DNA from: Lama glama
Taxonomy: Eukaryota
Assembly (NCBI GenBank): GCA_028534125.1
Contig: CM052817.1
Span: 78,494,001-78,558,000 of the forward strand
Direction: 5' to 3'
DNA length: 64,000 nucleotides
Positions 38,385 through 51,756 of this stretch are shown here, in pieces. A model generated the notes under the pieces. The model saw nothing but the letters and a program-made list of their open reading frames with translations, was not told the origin of the DNA and did not search any database. The translations under genes were made by a program, and so were the position numbers. How positions within the stretch are numbered: the stretch's first letter is position 1; the number at the start of each line of letters is the position of its first letter.

Positions 38385-39760
38385 CCTCAAATGAGTCGTT
38401 GGAGACTTCATCAACAAACATTTCTTGGGTGCCTACTGTGTACTATATATGGCTTGGTGCTGAGATTTCAAGGTAAGACATAGTGCTGGCCTTTAGGACG
38501 TTCACAGCCTGATGAGGAGACAGAGGCATCAGTGAAAACGTGATTAGTGCTATAATGTATGTTTGTACTTGTTCCCACAGAGGCATGGAAAAGGAAGCAG
38601 CTAACGTCCCTTTAGAAGGTACTCCTGGTAGAAACTTCAGTGCAGAGTTCTAATGAGGAAGAGAATGCCAGGCAAACAAGGAAGTGGGAGGAAAGGACTT
38701 CCACAAACAAAGAGAAGCAAGTGGAAAGGTAGGAAAAATTTCAAAGTGTACAGTGTGTCCTGGGAACTGGGAGAAGCTAGCTGTGGCTGGATTGCTGCTG
38801 GACTGAGCAAGGCCAGGCCACACCAGGCGCTACAGGCCCAAAGAGCCAGAACTTTCTGAAGGTGCTACTATTAAGGGTATTAAACAGGGACAGATTTGAA
38901 GGCTTTTAAATGTCATCAAATGTGAGTTTTAGAAAGTTACCGTGGAAGCACTGTGGTGGACAAATAGATAACAGTGAAGAGATTATTTCTGGAGGAAAAA
39001 TTAGGTCCTAACTAAGGCAGTGAAAGCACCAACTGGGAGACTGGGACAGCTCTAGAGATATTTAGGAAATAGAATAGCAGGACTAGTGACTGATGGGGCA
39101 TGGAAGGTAATGGTGAGGAGGAGTAGTCTAGACTGACTTTCAGGTTTTTGGCTGCAGCAAGAAGGCAGGTGATGGTCCATTTGCCAAGAGAAACAACGAA
39201 CAGTGAGAAGCAGTTTTAAGAGGAAAGGAAGGAATTCTGCCTTAAACTTGTTGAGTTGGGGGTGCATGTGGGCCATCTGCACCATGTAGGCAGCCAGAAA
39301 CAGAGTTCCTGGGGGAGAAGACCCATGCTGGAGGGATCCTTCAGGAATTATCAGCATTCAGATATTTCTTGAAGCTACGGAGAGGGGGAAGGCAGCCAGG
39401 GAGACAAGACTCAGGAACGTGGCGGAACACCAGTGTTCTAGGGCTGGATGGGGGAAGAGGAGCCTTCAAAGAGACAGATGGAGACCAAGAGGGAAGAGGA
39501 AATGGAGGGAGCAGTTGATGAAGCCGAGGGTGGGGGGTGCTGGTGACCAAGGTAGAAGGTGGCAGAGGGATCAAGACAGTCAGGCTAAAGAGTGACCGCT
39601 ACTCTTTTCAGGAATGTCTCAGTGATCTTGACCGAAACAATTGCAGTTCATGTTGTGTGTGTGTCAGGGTGCAGATAACAGCAGGTAGAGATGGTGGGGT
39701 GACAGGGACGGAGAACGGAGCTCATTTACCTGGTAGTTTGGTTCTGAAGGGATGCAGAGA
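38385..39760. mobile_element. L2 LINE fragment
   Basis: tcaacaaacatttcttgggtgcctactgtg start, followed by purine-rich L2-type text. Confidence 0.55.
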
Positions 39761-40633
39761 ACTGATGAGAAAAGTATTTTTGTAGTTGCACTTTTGTTTG
39801 TTTTTCTTCTGTGAGACACCTGGTCTTAACTGAGTGATGCTAAGGGGAAAGCAGGTGGAGAGGGAAAGGTTGAGAAGTCTGTGAAGTTCTCCTGGGGTCA
39901 GTTCTTGCCCAGTACAGGGGTGGCAACAGTATCTACCCCTTGAATCTTACAGGGTTGGTGGGAGTTTACATAAACCAGAGACTGAGATAGTGCTTTAAAA
40001 TTGTCATTGGGAAGAAACTGAGTCCAAAAGATGTTCAAGACACTTGTCATTAATTCAGCCAATCAATGACAGATGGAGTCTTTGGGGAAGTTCTATAAGG
40101 ACTCTGTGAAAGACATTTTTATGAAAGTTCTCCCAAATATCCCTGTTTTGAACATCAGGATTTGTATAGATCGATATCCCTGTCTTCTCAAAAAATATGC
40201 CATTGGTAAAGCCAATGGTAGTGTGTGTCTTTATGTATGTAAGTATCCTCAGTGTATTTTGAGACTTGGGTGATGCACTGTTTTTCTTAGAACATGCATT
40301 ATGTAGTCAGTCAGACAGGGTTTAATTCTAAACCCTGAAAATTATTTGCTGTGGGACAAATAGGTTAATCTCACTAAGCTTCAGTGTCTGTTTTTCCAAG
40401 TTTAAAAACAGAACAAATTATAACTGACTTTACAGATGTTTTGTGAGCATAAGACACTATACAGTATTTAAGTGTTTGGCAGATATTTGATTACTTATAT
40501 CTCAATTTATTTTTAAACTATGAAATTCATAAATATTCAATCAATTGGGAAACAATTAAAATTCCACAACTATTATAAACTTAAGAGTGTAATTTAAGTC
40601 TATTAAAGAGAAGTCCTAGCCCTTATGTTAAGG

Positions 40634-42010
40634 CAGCAGTCCTCAAAGCGTGGTCCAAGACCCCTAGGGGGTTCAGGAGACCCTTTCAGGGAGGTCTGTA
40701 AAGCCAAAGTTATTATCATATTAATTCTAAGATGGCAGTTTGCCTTCTGTACTGGTGTTGACATTTGCACTAATGGTACAAAAATAATGGCGGGTGAAGC
40801 TGCCAGCACCGTAGCCCAAATCAGGGCAGTGGCAGCAAACCCTGCTAGTAGTTATTGTCACCCCCACTGCCACAGATGTCAGTTTCACTTCAGAATGTCT
40901 TTGATGAAACAGTAAAAATTATTAATATTATTAACTTTTTATCCTTGATTGTCTTTTTAATATTCTCTATCACAAAATGGGAGGCACACACAAAACTTCT
41001 GCTGTATACCAAAGTACAGCGTTAGCCCTGAATTGAAACACTTGTGTAATTGAATTGTGAGCTAAACTAGCTGCTTTTTTTCATGAAACATTTTTACTCA
41101 AGAAAACAAATGACAGACAAACTATGGTTATTCACACTTGGATATTCGGCAGACATTTTTTTTCAAAACAAATTAAGTGAGCCTGTCATTTCAAGGTAAA
41201 TAACCAGCAGTCTTTATTGTCAATGAAAAATTGAGCTTACAAGGGAAAAACATAGAATTTAGAAAACCTGTATCTGTCACCATGAGCTTCAGCTTCCCAA
41301 TACATAAACTCTTTTCTAGTAGAACTACGATCCTTTTAATTAATGTGGAGTATTTTTTTTGATATTGGGCAATAAACTACATTGACATTTGGAAGATCTG
41401 CATAATGCAGTGAGCCAGCATTTTCCAAATGACCAATAATGCATGATGTTCTAAAATTAAAGATCCACTCAAAGTACAAGACAGACCAATGAATTTTAAT
41501 ATAACAGATTATTAAAAGTTAACTGATGTGGTTTCATATTCCATATTGCAATTATAAGGTTTAAGAAACTACCACTTGTTGAGTTTTGGCATAGCGTCAA
41601 AGAAGAATATCCAGAATTATCTGAGTAGGTTCTTGAAATGTTACTTCATTGTCCAACTACTTATCTCTGTGAAACCAGATACTCTTCATTAACTTCAAAC
41701 AAAACAACATATCGAAACAGATTGAATACAGAAGTGCTATGCAGATCCAGCTGTCTTCTCCTAAGCCAGACATTAAAGAGACTTGGAAAAATGTGAAACA
41801 ATGCCACTTTTCTCACTAAATTAATTTCCTTGGAAAGTATAGTTATTTTCAGAAAAAAAAATGATCTTTATGTCAACATGTAGTAGATATACTATAGTTG
41901 CTTTAAAAGAAATTAATAAATATTTTTAAATGTCTGTTTTAAGTCTTAATATATTGAAAACTGATAGAAATAACCCACATAGACAAAAGCTACTTGGGCT
42001 TCTCAATGAT
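40634..42010. mobile_element. Charlie1-like hAT DNA transposon relic
   Basis: Terminus cagcagtcctcaaagcgtggtcc...gaccctttcagggaggtctgtaaagccaaa. Internal gacatttgcactaatggtacaaaa, gaagaatatccagaattatctga and gatccagctgtcttctcctaagccagacattaaagag match recalled Charlie1. Confidence 0.8.
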
Positions 42011-42885
42011 TCTAAGTGCCATACAGAATAGGCCTAATCATGAAAAGAGATTGAAAGGTCTTCACAGGCTGATCATAGAATTCTGCTTATAGATTGGCCA
42101 CCAAGTCACGTGTATTTGTCCAATGTATTTCTTATTTTACACAATGCAAACAGACCCTTCTATACATGTGCTTAACTCTACAGTGTTGGAGTTGACACCT
42201 CTACTCCAGGAGTCTGGGACAGAAGAACTGGTGGAAACCAACATACAAATCTTGAAGCTTGGATAAAACACTATCACAGCGTGCCTGGGCATTTTCCCTG
42301 AATCAGTACTGAACATTCTTTTGTCTGTTGGCTCAATTTCAATCCCTTCTCCACTCTACCCTCTCCACGGCAGAGGCTGTTACACAATTCTCTAAGTTCT
42401 GTAAGTTCCCTTCAAAAATTAATGATGACCTCTAATTTGATGACTTTTACACACGGAATCAATGTTAAGTGGGAACATTAAGCCTGAATCCCCTTTCATC
42501 CTTCTTGAGGGTGTTTATTCACTTACTAAATACTTGCAGAGCACTTGCTACATGCCGGGCACTCTGCTAGCTGCTGGGAAAAAAGAATAAGCAGGGTGCT
42601 TGCTTTCAGGAGTCTAATCTAGTGGAGAATTAAGTAATCACCATGTGTTATAGTAGGGAGCCATGAGGTAATGTCCAAGTCTGTGAGAAGGATGGGAGTG
42701 GGACATTAGGGACAGATTCTTGAAGGAAGTAACATCTAAACAGGGACCCAGAAGATGGGTCAGCACTCTTGGGTTATAGGATGGGGGTGTGGAGTCAATG
42801 AGGGTTTGAAGGAAGAAGGAACAGCAAAGACTCTGACATATTCAGAAAATGATACTAAAAAACAAGCAAACAAAAAACCCCCACT

Positions 42886-43192
42886 ACCCTCCTGGTAACC
42901 ATAAGTTTGTTTTCTTTGTCTGTGAGTCTGTTTCTGTTTTGTAAATAAGTTCATTTGTCTTTTTTTTTTTTTTTTAGATTCCACATATAAGTGATATCAT
43001 ATGGTATTTTTCTTTCTTTTTCTGGCTTACTTCACTTATTTATACTGTATAGCACAATGAACTATATTCAATATCTTGTAGTAACTTATGGTGAAAAAAT
43101 ATGAAAATGAATATATGTATATTCTTGAAAAATAAATAAATAGATAAAATGTTATCTGACAGTATCAACACACACCAAAAAATAAAAAAAGC
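42886..43192. mobile_element. L1 3' end with 5' inversion
   Basis: 42886-43039 is antisense L1 end sequence and 43040-43192 is sense L1 tail. Flanked by caaaaaacc(cc)cact repeats. Confidence 0.8.
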
Positions 43193-44094
43193 CAAAAAAC
43201 CCACTGTTTAATTTTAAAGGTGTAGATAAGATCAACACATTTTTCTTGAGTTTTAGCTTGTTTGAGAAGTACAGTGGAAAATTTGTAAATCATTATAGTA
43301 CATTTATATACATTTTATTTAAATCAGAATCATCATCTTACAAAAGAATCACTGAATTAAAAAAGATGAAAAATTTTATTAGAAAACTTAAACAATTTTG
43401 CATGGCTTTCCAAAGATTAATTTAGTACATCAAAAAAATTTTTTTATTCAAGGCACTGAATTCAATGCTAAAGAGATACTTATCCCCCAACCAAAATCTA
43501 AAACATAGTGTTTGCCCAGGAAAAGTCAATAAATATTTATTGAGTGTCTGTTACCTGATAGATCCTGAGGATGTTATTAAAAGACAGATGTTGCCCCTGC
43601 CCTCAGAGAGCATATAGCACAACAGTGACAAAGTAGTTGGTTCTCAAATATTGGTCACAACATCAGACACAAAATGATAATTGCCAAGGGAGTAGGAAAA
43701 ATTGCAGCATATAACTTTTTCACCATTGGGAAAGTTCATGCAGAGGAGACTGAGAGCATCAAAGCCACAGAAATGTTATTGGGAAAGGTTTGGAGGAAAG
43801 AAATACCACGATACATTACGAGGCAGAAAACAGAAGAGTTTAGCTGGGATGGATTTGGTAATGGAATTAATACAGAAAAAGAAATTCGATATGTAGGTTG
43901 GGCAGAGTGGAGTGACCGTGTTATAAGAAGAGGTTTGCGTTTCATTTCTCTTGGCAAGAAGTAAAACCTAAATAAATAAAACATTAAAGCAAGCATTGTT
44001 TGCCACACTTAAGGGGGACAGTCCTGGCATTCTTTTGATTATAGTAAATGGGTTCCTCTTATGTAAAATCCACTATTTGTTGCATTTCAAAGTA

Positions 44095-45599
44095 CAGTAT
44101 CCCCTTGGTATCCTTGGGTTATTGGTTCCAGGACCCACTATGGATACTAAAATCCTCAGATGCTCAGGCCTTTTATACCCAAGGTTCCTTATCCATTGAT
44201 TCAACCAACCTAAGACCATGTAATACTATAGTATTTATTGGAAAAAAACTCCACAATCCATGTATAAATGGACCTCCATAGTTCAAACTAGTGTTGTTAA
44301 AAAATAAACTCAAAATGGCTTAAAGACTTAAACATAAGACAAGACACTATAAACCTCCTAGAAGAAAACATAGGCAAAACATTTTCTGACAAATCTTAGC
44401 AATGTCCTCCTAGGGAAGTCTACCCAGGAAATGGAAATATAAGCAAAAATTAACAAATGGGACCTAATTAAACTTATAAGCGTTTGTACAGCAAAGGAAA
44501 CCATAAGGACAACTAAAAGACAACCTACAGAATGGAAGAAAATATTTGCAAATGATGCGACTGGCAAGGACTTAATTTCCAGAATATATGAACAGCTCAC
44601 ACAACTTAATAATGAAAAACAAACAACCCAATCCAAAAATGAGCAGAAGACTTAAACAAGCAATTCTCCAATGAAGACATACAAATGACCAATAGGCACA
44701 TGAAAAAATGCTCAATATTGCTAATTATCAGAGAAATGTAAATCAAAACTACAATGAGATGTCACCTCACACTAGTCAAGATGGCCATCACAAAAATGTT
44801 CACAAACAATGAATGCTAGAGAGTGTGTGGAGAAAAGGGAACCCTCCTATACTGTTGGTAGGAAAGTGGTTTTGTGCAGTCATTATGGAAAACAGTGTAG
44901 ATTCCTTAAAAAACTAAAAATAGAGTTACCATTTGATCCAGCAATCCCACTCCTGGACATATACCCCTCAACTTTAATTGGAAAAGATACATACACCCCA
45001 ATGTTCATAGCAGCACTATTTACAATAGCCAAGACATGGAAACAACCTAAATGCCCATTGACTGATGACTGGATAAAGAAATTGTGGTATATTTATACAA
45101 TGGAATACTACTCAGCCATACAATTTAGTAAAATAATGCCATTTGAATCAACATGGATGACCCTGGAGAATGTCATTCTAAGTGAAGTAAGCCAGAAAGA
45201 GAAAGAAAAATACCATATGATATCACTGATATGTGGAATCTAAAAAAAAGAAAGAAAGGCAGAAAGGAAGAAAAGAAAGGAAGAAAGAAAGAAAGGAAGG
45301 AAGAAATGAACTTATTTACAAAAGAGAAACAGACTCACAGATGTAGAAAACAAACTTATGGTTACTAGTGGGGAAAGGGAGTGGGATGGGATAAACTGGG
45401 AGTTCGAGATTTGCAGATACTATATATAAAATAGATAAACAACAAATTTCTTCTGTATAGCACAGGGAACTATATTCAATATCTTGTTGTAATGAAAAAC
45501 AATATGAAAAGGAATATAAGTATGTACATATATGACTGAAACATGTTGTACACCAGAAACTGACACAACATTGTAAACTGACTATACTTCAATAAAACA

Positions 45600-45634
<35 letters not shown>

Positions 45635-45657
45635 TTGTCCTGTTCAAGGGTCAGTTG
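44095..45657. mobile_element. MER8-like Tigger (TcMar) element split by an L1 insertion
   Basis: TA|cagtatccccttggtatcc...ggttccaggaccc at 44095-44298. The element resumes as tgttcaagggtcagttg|TA ending at 45657. Confidence 0.75.
44299..45629 (+). mobile_element. 5'-truncated L1 (ORF2 3' part plus 3' UTR with (GAAA)n and (CA)n tracts)
   Basis: ORF 44809..45243 ...LKIELPFDPAIPLL...MFIAALFTIAKTWKQPKCP... is the L1 ORF2p C-terminus. Degenerate TSD caaactagtgttgtt / caaacttgtcctgtt. Confidence 0.95.
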
Positions 45658-46309
45658 TATATATCTGCTCATTCATTGCATTTCCTGTGAAGGATTTTAC
45701 TAATTGATCTATCATACTTTATCAGTAATGTGATAGAAAAATTATTTTTTAATGTTAATTCAGAAAAGCATTTCTGGAGTAAGTCTGACGTCCTGGAAGA
45801 AGGAATCCACTGCTGCCATTGAGTCTCAGCCTGCAGTACTCCACTACCATTGTTGGTCCAGGCTGGTTGACCAAGTCGGCATGGACTGCCGTTTTCAGTA
45901 GCCTGCCCTGTGTTGATCATGTAGCAGCGGCAGACCATTCAAGCGAAGCTAGCAGCAGTGTGGTGAGGGTATTGTAGCTGTGTGCACACACCAAAAAAGG
46001 GATGTGAAAAACACTGGGCCAGCCTAGAGGAGAAAAAAGGCTGAAAGAAACAGGGGTAGGAAGGTATTCTTAGATATAACACGGAGTCCAGGATGATATG
46101 ATTAATATGTTCCTATAGTTTGGGGTCTTTTAAAAATTGCTTTTTTTCTACCTCCCACAACTTGTTTAGACACAGACATAAAGAAAACTCTTTCATGCAG
46201 GCAGTTTGGCCCAAGTGCCTGATAGTTGCATGCCAGTGATATCATACTACCTGAACGCCACTTAGACACAAAGCCTGGTTATTTTTTCAATGTTATGAAG
46301 CTGAAGGGC

Positions 46310-46545
46310 CTCAGATGGAGTGGAAGGAACACAGGCTTCTGAATCCAAGGTCTTGTGCAGAGTTTCCTACAGTGCCATTCCATAACTTTGAGACTGTGTG
46401 AACTTGGAAAGTTATTTAATCTCTCTGAAGCTCAGTTTTCTCATCTGTAAAATGGGAATACAATTTCCCTGATAGAAATTTTATTGACAGAATTAAACTT
46501 TTTTGATATGTAACATGCCTGAGACATAAGTAGGCACATGTCTTA
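46310..46545 (+). mobile_element. MIR SINE
   Basis: MIR core gttatttaatctctctgaagctcagttttctcatctgtaaaatggg. Confidence 0.75.
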
Positions 46546-46684
46546 TTCCTTGGATTCAACTTGCCTTAAAATACACAAAGCACTTGCCCCTGCTTAATCA
46601 GAAAAACATTTGCAAGTGAAAAAAATAAAATGAATGGAATCATTCAGAACTTGCTCTTCAAGATGACCAAAATGAGCAATTTCA

Positions 46685-46777
46685 GGGCTGGTGGGTATAG
46701 CTCAGTGGTAGAGCATGTGCTTGGTGTGCATAAGGTTCAATCCCCAGTGCTTCTGTTAAGAGGGTAAAAGAAAGAAG
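46685..46777 (+). mobile_element. tRNA-derived SINE (vic-1-like, small internal deletion)
   Basis: GGGTATAGCTCAGTGGTAGAGCATGTGC...GGTTCAATCCCCAG with an A-rich tail. TSD aatga(g/a)caatttca at 46671-46684 and 46778-46791. Confidence 0.85.
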
Positions 46778-49700
46778 AATGAACAATTTCATGTTTATAA
46801 AATGTGGTATACCTAATACCCTCCCCTTTACAAATTTTATCTAGTTTATTTCTTAAAACAAAGAGTGAAAAGCGTAATTTTCCACATTTCACAATTGAGG
46901 AAATTGAGGTTTAGGGACACAAGTGACCTGAACCTCATTCAGTCTGACCTCAAAGCCTCTACTCTTAACCAGCTCCCCAGGTTGTCCAGATGTATTATTT
47001 GGAGCCTCTCTATCAACTATTTTCATGTATTTATTTATTTTTCTGGTTCTCTAATGTTAATAAGCTATTTAAAAAAAAAGATTTGACCACAGAATTTGGG
47101 TTGGTGGCTCCTTGGCACTCTATAAGAGCAAATTTAACCACACATATTGTTTTCACAAAGTGTGCTAATTCATCAGTTCTAGCCACAAACTTGTCAGGTC
47201 ATAAGTCTGGAAGATTAAGCCAGAAGGAGGCGGAATAGTCCAACCTGATGTAGCTGCCTGAGTCTTTCACTCAAAAATCATTCAAACTCCATGCTATTGA
47301 CACAGTGTGAGTCCTTCCCTAATGGCACTTGACAAACTGGCTTGTCTATGAAAAATACTGCGGACAGAAGGGCTAACAAAATTTTTTATAATCTTAACAT
47401 GTACAGCTCATGAAAAGCAGACATATGACTGTATATATCTTTGATTCTACCAGTTTCCATGTTTCCATTACAGGGAACTTGTTAACCCTAGAGCTCAATT
47501 ACTTAAATAAAAGGGGGGGCATCTCCTTATTAACCTTTTGACTGTCTAATTCCAGTTTTTAATTGGGTGGTTTCTGCACGCCTGCTACTGTTACTGCTCA
47601 CTGGTTCCCACAAGAGCCATCATTGGTAGGTATCATTATGATCCCCATTTTAGAGACGAGGCTACTTAGAGGCTGTCAGAACTTGACATTTTTCTTGCCG
47701 AGAAGAAGTTTGAACCCAGGCAGTGCTTTTTGCTCTGAAACTCTCTCCTCTTCTTTTGGAATGAATTCAAGGTAGTCCCTCACATATGTGGGGAATGAAC
47801 TACAGAATTCAAGAATAAGTCAATTTCAGTCATATCAACATCCAGTTTTAACAGTTTCTTGGTAGTCTGGTATATAAAAATTTTCCCTTTGAGAAAATAA
47901 AACTTTTCTTGACTAGAATAGCATGATGTGAAAATTCTGTTAAAGTTTCTCAGTGTGTGTTAACAGACTCAAATATATTAAATTCCTTATTGGATTAGCC
48001 CAGTTAACACTGGATTTTTTTCACATTTCTATACTTCAATATCACATCTAGGAAACAAATGTATTAATACTTACTTCATTGTGCCAAATCAGATTCTTTT
48101 ATGAAACTAGATCAAATATGAATCACTACCCTATAAATTCAAAATCTGTATGTGAAAGGTAATGAGAAACAGAGGTGGTTTTCATTTTATGAGCACAACT
48201 TCTCAACTCTCATATGCTCTATTGAAGAAAAAAATTGCATTATTTCAAGTCATTTAAAAGCAGTAAAGCCTCTTTTTTCTGGATAATAAATTATAAATGA
48301 ACCAATGAAATTATTTGGGGGAAACAGCTTTCATTCTGATAGAGTCTGATGTGGAGTCTGAAAACTCTTGGTGTTATAAAAGAAAAATTTGATTTCCACA
48401 AATGTAAACTTAGACTGTATAGTCTAAATCCACTTCATTTCTTCAGATTATTCCTTATATGACATGTTCTCTCCATAAAATATTACCAATATAGAGCCTT
48501 GAATTTTTCTCCTTTGACTTCCTAGCATTTTGTCAGTAGCTGTCTATATTTCTAAGTTCACACATTTTTATTAATGTGATAATCATAGTGATATTGTATC
48601 ACTTCCAATCCCCAAACCTTAAACTACTTGGTCAAAATCCAGGGGAACTCCTACTGTGAAGAAACTGAAAATTTAGGGGTTAGACATTTTTCTGTAATTA
48701 GAAGAGAATAACATTATGAAAATTCAAAGAGGTTAGAAACTCAGAGGTCATTTGAAACACTAAACTCCAAAGAGCTCATTTGTATATCTGTCAAAACAGA
48801 GGAAAATCATTCTGATTTTGAAAGAACTTTTCAAAGACTTATCTACGTGGGAAATGGCACACTGACCTATGAGGAATATGTAATTTGTGTTCAACACAAA
48901 GTCTCATTCAAGAACTAAAGATAATCTTATACCCCATCAATTCCAGACCAAAATGTTTGTAATTTATTTTGAGTGAGAATGTTCTTAAGGGAATAGGTGA
49001 TACAAATCAAGCAGGATCCAAGTGCAGGAAGAACTTCAAAAGTGCTAAAATGCCTGACTCTCTTCATCTTTACATGAGCAAACACATTAACCAGTCTCCT
49101 ACTTGCTCTTCTTCTGTATTTCAAGGCAAGTCCAACAAGACACATGTAGGGGGAAAAACACAAGATGATGAAGGATAAAGGCAGTGGGAGGCAGGGATAA
49201 AGAGGAGGAAAAGAACGAAGAGAAGGGAGGTAGTATTTATGAACTTAAAATCGAGAGTGATAAGAAAATAAAGACAGGCGGTAAAATGATGAGGGTTAAG
49301 GAGAGTCAGTAAAGGCTTAGGGGCAGAGGACCTGAGAAGTGAAGGAGGCAGGAGAATACAGAGGAGCCAGTGCATCAGAGGAGCTGAGAAGCCCAAGAAA
49401 AAAGGGATGATATAGGACTTAACACCAAATCTGGAGATAACGTCAGTCAGTATTTACGAAATGAGAAAACAAAAAGGTACAACGACATTTACTGGGGGAG
49501 GGGGAACGGATGGAGGTGGACGAGTAGCCTATTTCAAGAATTTCCATCTCACTAGCAGTTAGAAAAGCTTCAAAGAGTTGTTTGATTTTCATGGGCAATT
49601 TGAGTGAAAGGAAAGATGACAGAAAGTTGAATTAGGGAGGATCTTGAAGTTAGAAAGGTCCTCTTAGTAAAAGGAGAGAAAATAAATTGGATTGTGTATT

Positions 49701-50139
49701 TGTACAAAGTGGGAGTTGAGCCAATATGCCTTAAAGGAGAATTTTCCAAAAGTTTTCCATATTTACTTGCACTACTATCACTTACTTGATTTGTTTAAAC
49801 TGTAGACCTACATTTTTTTTTTACTAAATAGCTTACTTAAAAAGGAAATTAACAACCTAAACAGTAATATCTGTTTCACATGCTGGTTATGTCTTTTATC
49901 TCATACACATTAAAATAAATAAAATATTTGCTATGGAACCACCTAAATATCTCAGGCCATTGTGGCTTTGCATGCATGGGAAGTGAGATAGCACTAGGCT
50001 AGAGGAAGGCAGGAGGGAATCTTGTCTGATCCACAGTGATGGGAAGCGCCCAGAAGACCCTAAAGAGACAGGAAATGCAGGAGAGCAGTGGGCAATGAAC
50101 CCCAAGGCCTGTAAGAAATGGGGCAGAGATGAGGTCTGC

Positions 50140-50281
50140 CACAGAGGCCACACAATGTGCCTCATTTTATTGATCAACGCAACTCTCAAAGCCAGCCCAG
50201 ATTCAAGAGGTGAGGAAGTAGACTCTACTTCTTGATGGAAGGATCTGTAAGGAATTTGTGGCCAGTTTTAATCTACCTCAA
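50140..50281 (-). mobile_element. MLT1 (MaLR) LTR fragment
   Basis: gccagcccagattcaagagg...agactctacttcttgatggaagg...gaatttgtggccagttttaatctacc matches a recalled MLT1 terminus. Confidence 0.65.
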
Positions 50282-51044
50282 CTCATGGACTCACAGGCTC
50301 AAAAACTCAACAGCATCATCAACATAATTCAAAAGATGTGGTATTAATTTGGAATGTCATTTTTGCATTCTTTTGAAGATGTGCTATGTTTGGGGCTAAA
50401 TTTTACAGAATTGGGTCAGGGTAAGAGGAATATGGCACTAGCTCTACTCTCACTTTTACTTTGGGATACCAATTCTCGTACATCGTGTTTGACACAAGTA
50501 CACACACTCACAGAAACACACACACCTCCAGGTCTGTTGTAGGTTTCTGGCACTATCTTTGTTCAAGTGAATTAGAAAGTCATTTTTATAATATGAATGG
50601 GAAGAACCAAACTAAAGATCAACTTAATTGCTTCTAACCCAAAGGAAACACAAAATGTCTTGTTTTTATATGACATCCCTTAGCGGGTGAAACACCTAAT
50701 CTCAAGGGACAGCTATTTACTCAGGTTGGAGGACTAGTTCTGCTTCAGAGTGGGGATGGAGAAAGCATGTCTAATCCACCTGATTCTTAACTGTCAGTAA
50801 TATTACGGTGTTTCAGCAAACACTTCCAGTATATTTTTGTTACCCCAAAAGTATAGAAGAGAATAATTTATGCATTCTATTGAACAATATTTGAGAAGCA
50901 GAGGAAAGTTCACAGATCTTCTTAAAACCATGAGGGACTTTTCATTTCTTACCTCATCTTTAGGCTTTGGGAATGATTCTTTTTTCAAAGTCTGAACATA
51001 TATGAGGTTCCCCTTTGGAAGAGAAATACACGTGCTACGTATAC

Positions 51045-51756
51045 AGCATTTTGTGCCCGGTGCTTAACTCTTTTCACTCTGTTTCGCGCCCCATCTCCCT
51101 CTTCCTCCCTGCTCTGTGGTGTGCAGGCTGGGAGCTGGCAAGACAATTCTGCTTGGCCGGCTGCTCCAGGCCTGGCTCTGCCCGTGGATGATGGGCGTGA
51201 ACGCAAAGCGGGCGGAGGGAGAAGGAGCACTTCCTGTTGTATTCCCGCTGCTGCCGCCTTGGCTTCCTGTGCCTGGTGCCTCACTCCGCGGGGCTACCCG
51301 GCAGGGCTACCTGGCAGGGCTTCTCCGCTCGGCCGTGGTGGTACTCCGCAGGAGCAGCAGTGGATGCCAGCTCACGGTTTTCCCAGCCTGTGGAGTCCGC
51401 CTCATCACACCCCGTCTGGGACACCAGCATCCTGAGCTCAGAGGTCCCGGACATGGGTCGCAGCTCAGACACAGCAGCGTGAGTTTCTGTCTCATCCTTA
51501 GAGATCTGAGTTTTAGCTCCACCAAGTTCCTCCACTGCTTCTAACTCCAGGCTCATGGGTTTTAACGATTCCACCTCTTCTCTTTGTGCCCCGGGGAACC
51601 CTCTGCTTTCTCAGTTGCTACCTCTGGGAGACCTCTGTGTTCCCTTTTTGCCCCAAGGGTGCCCTTTTCAGTTCTCTGATACCCACTTATATTCAATTCT
51701 CACTATTTAAAGAACAGACAGTGTTTCTGCCTTCTGATTGGACCCTGACTGAATAA
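51045..51756 (+). mobile_element. Old ERVL-type LTR, GC/CpG-rich
   Basis: The 3' end ...gtgtttctgccttctgattggaccctgactgaata resembles the LTR33/LTR41/LTR79 group end. The 5' boundary is approximate. Confidence 0.55.

Noticed and set aside
46690..46750. tRNA-like sequences (also at 7660-7727 and 23665-23733)
   Set aside because: They have A-rich tails, TSDs and broken cloverleaf pairing, so they are SINEs rather than tRNA genes.
50985..51574. Cluster of overlapping ORFs in the GC-rich upstream patch
   Set aside because: They lie within an LTR-like element, are open in several frames on both strands and show no protein-family signal.
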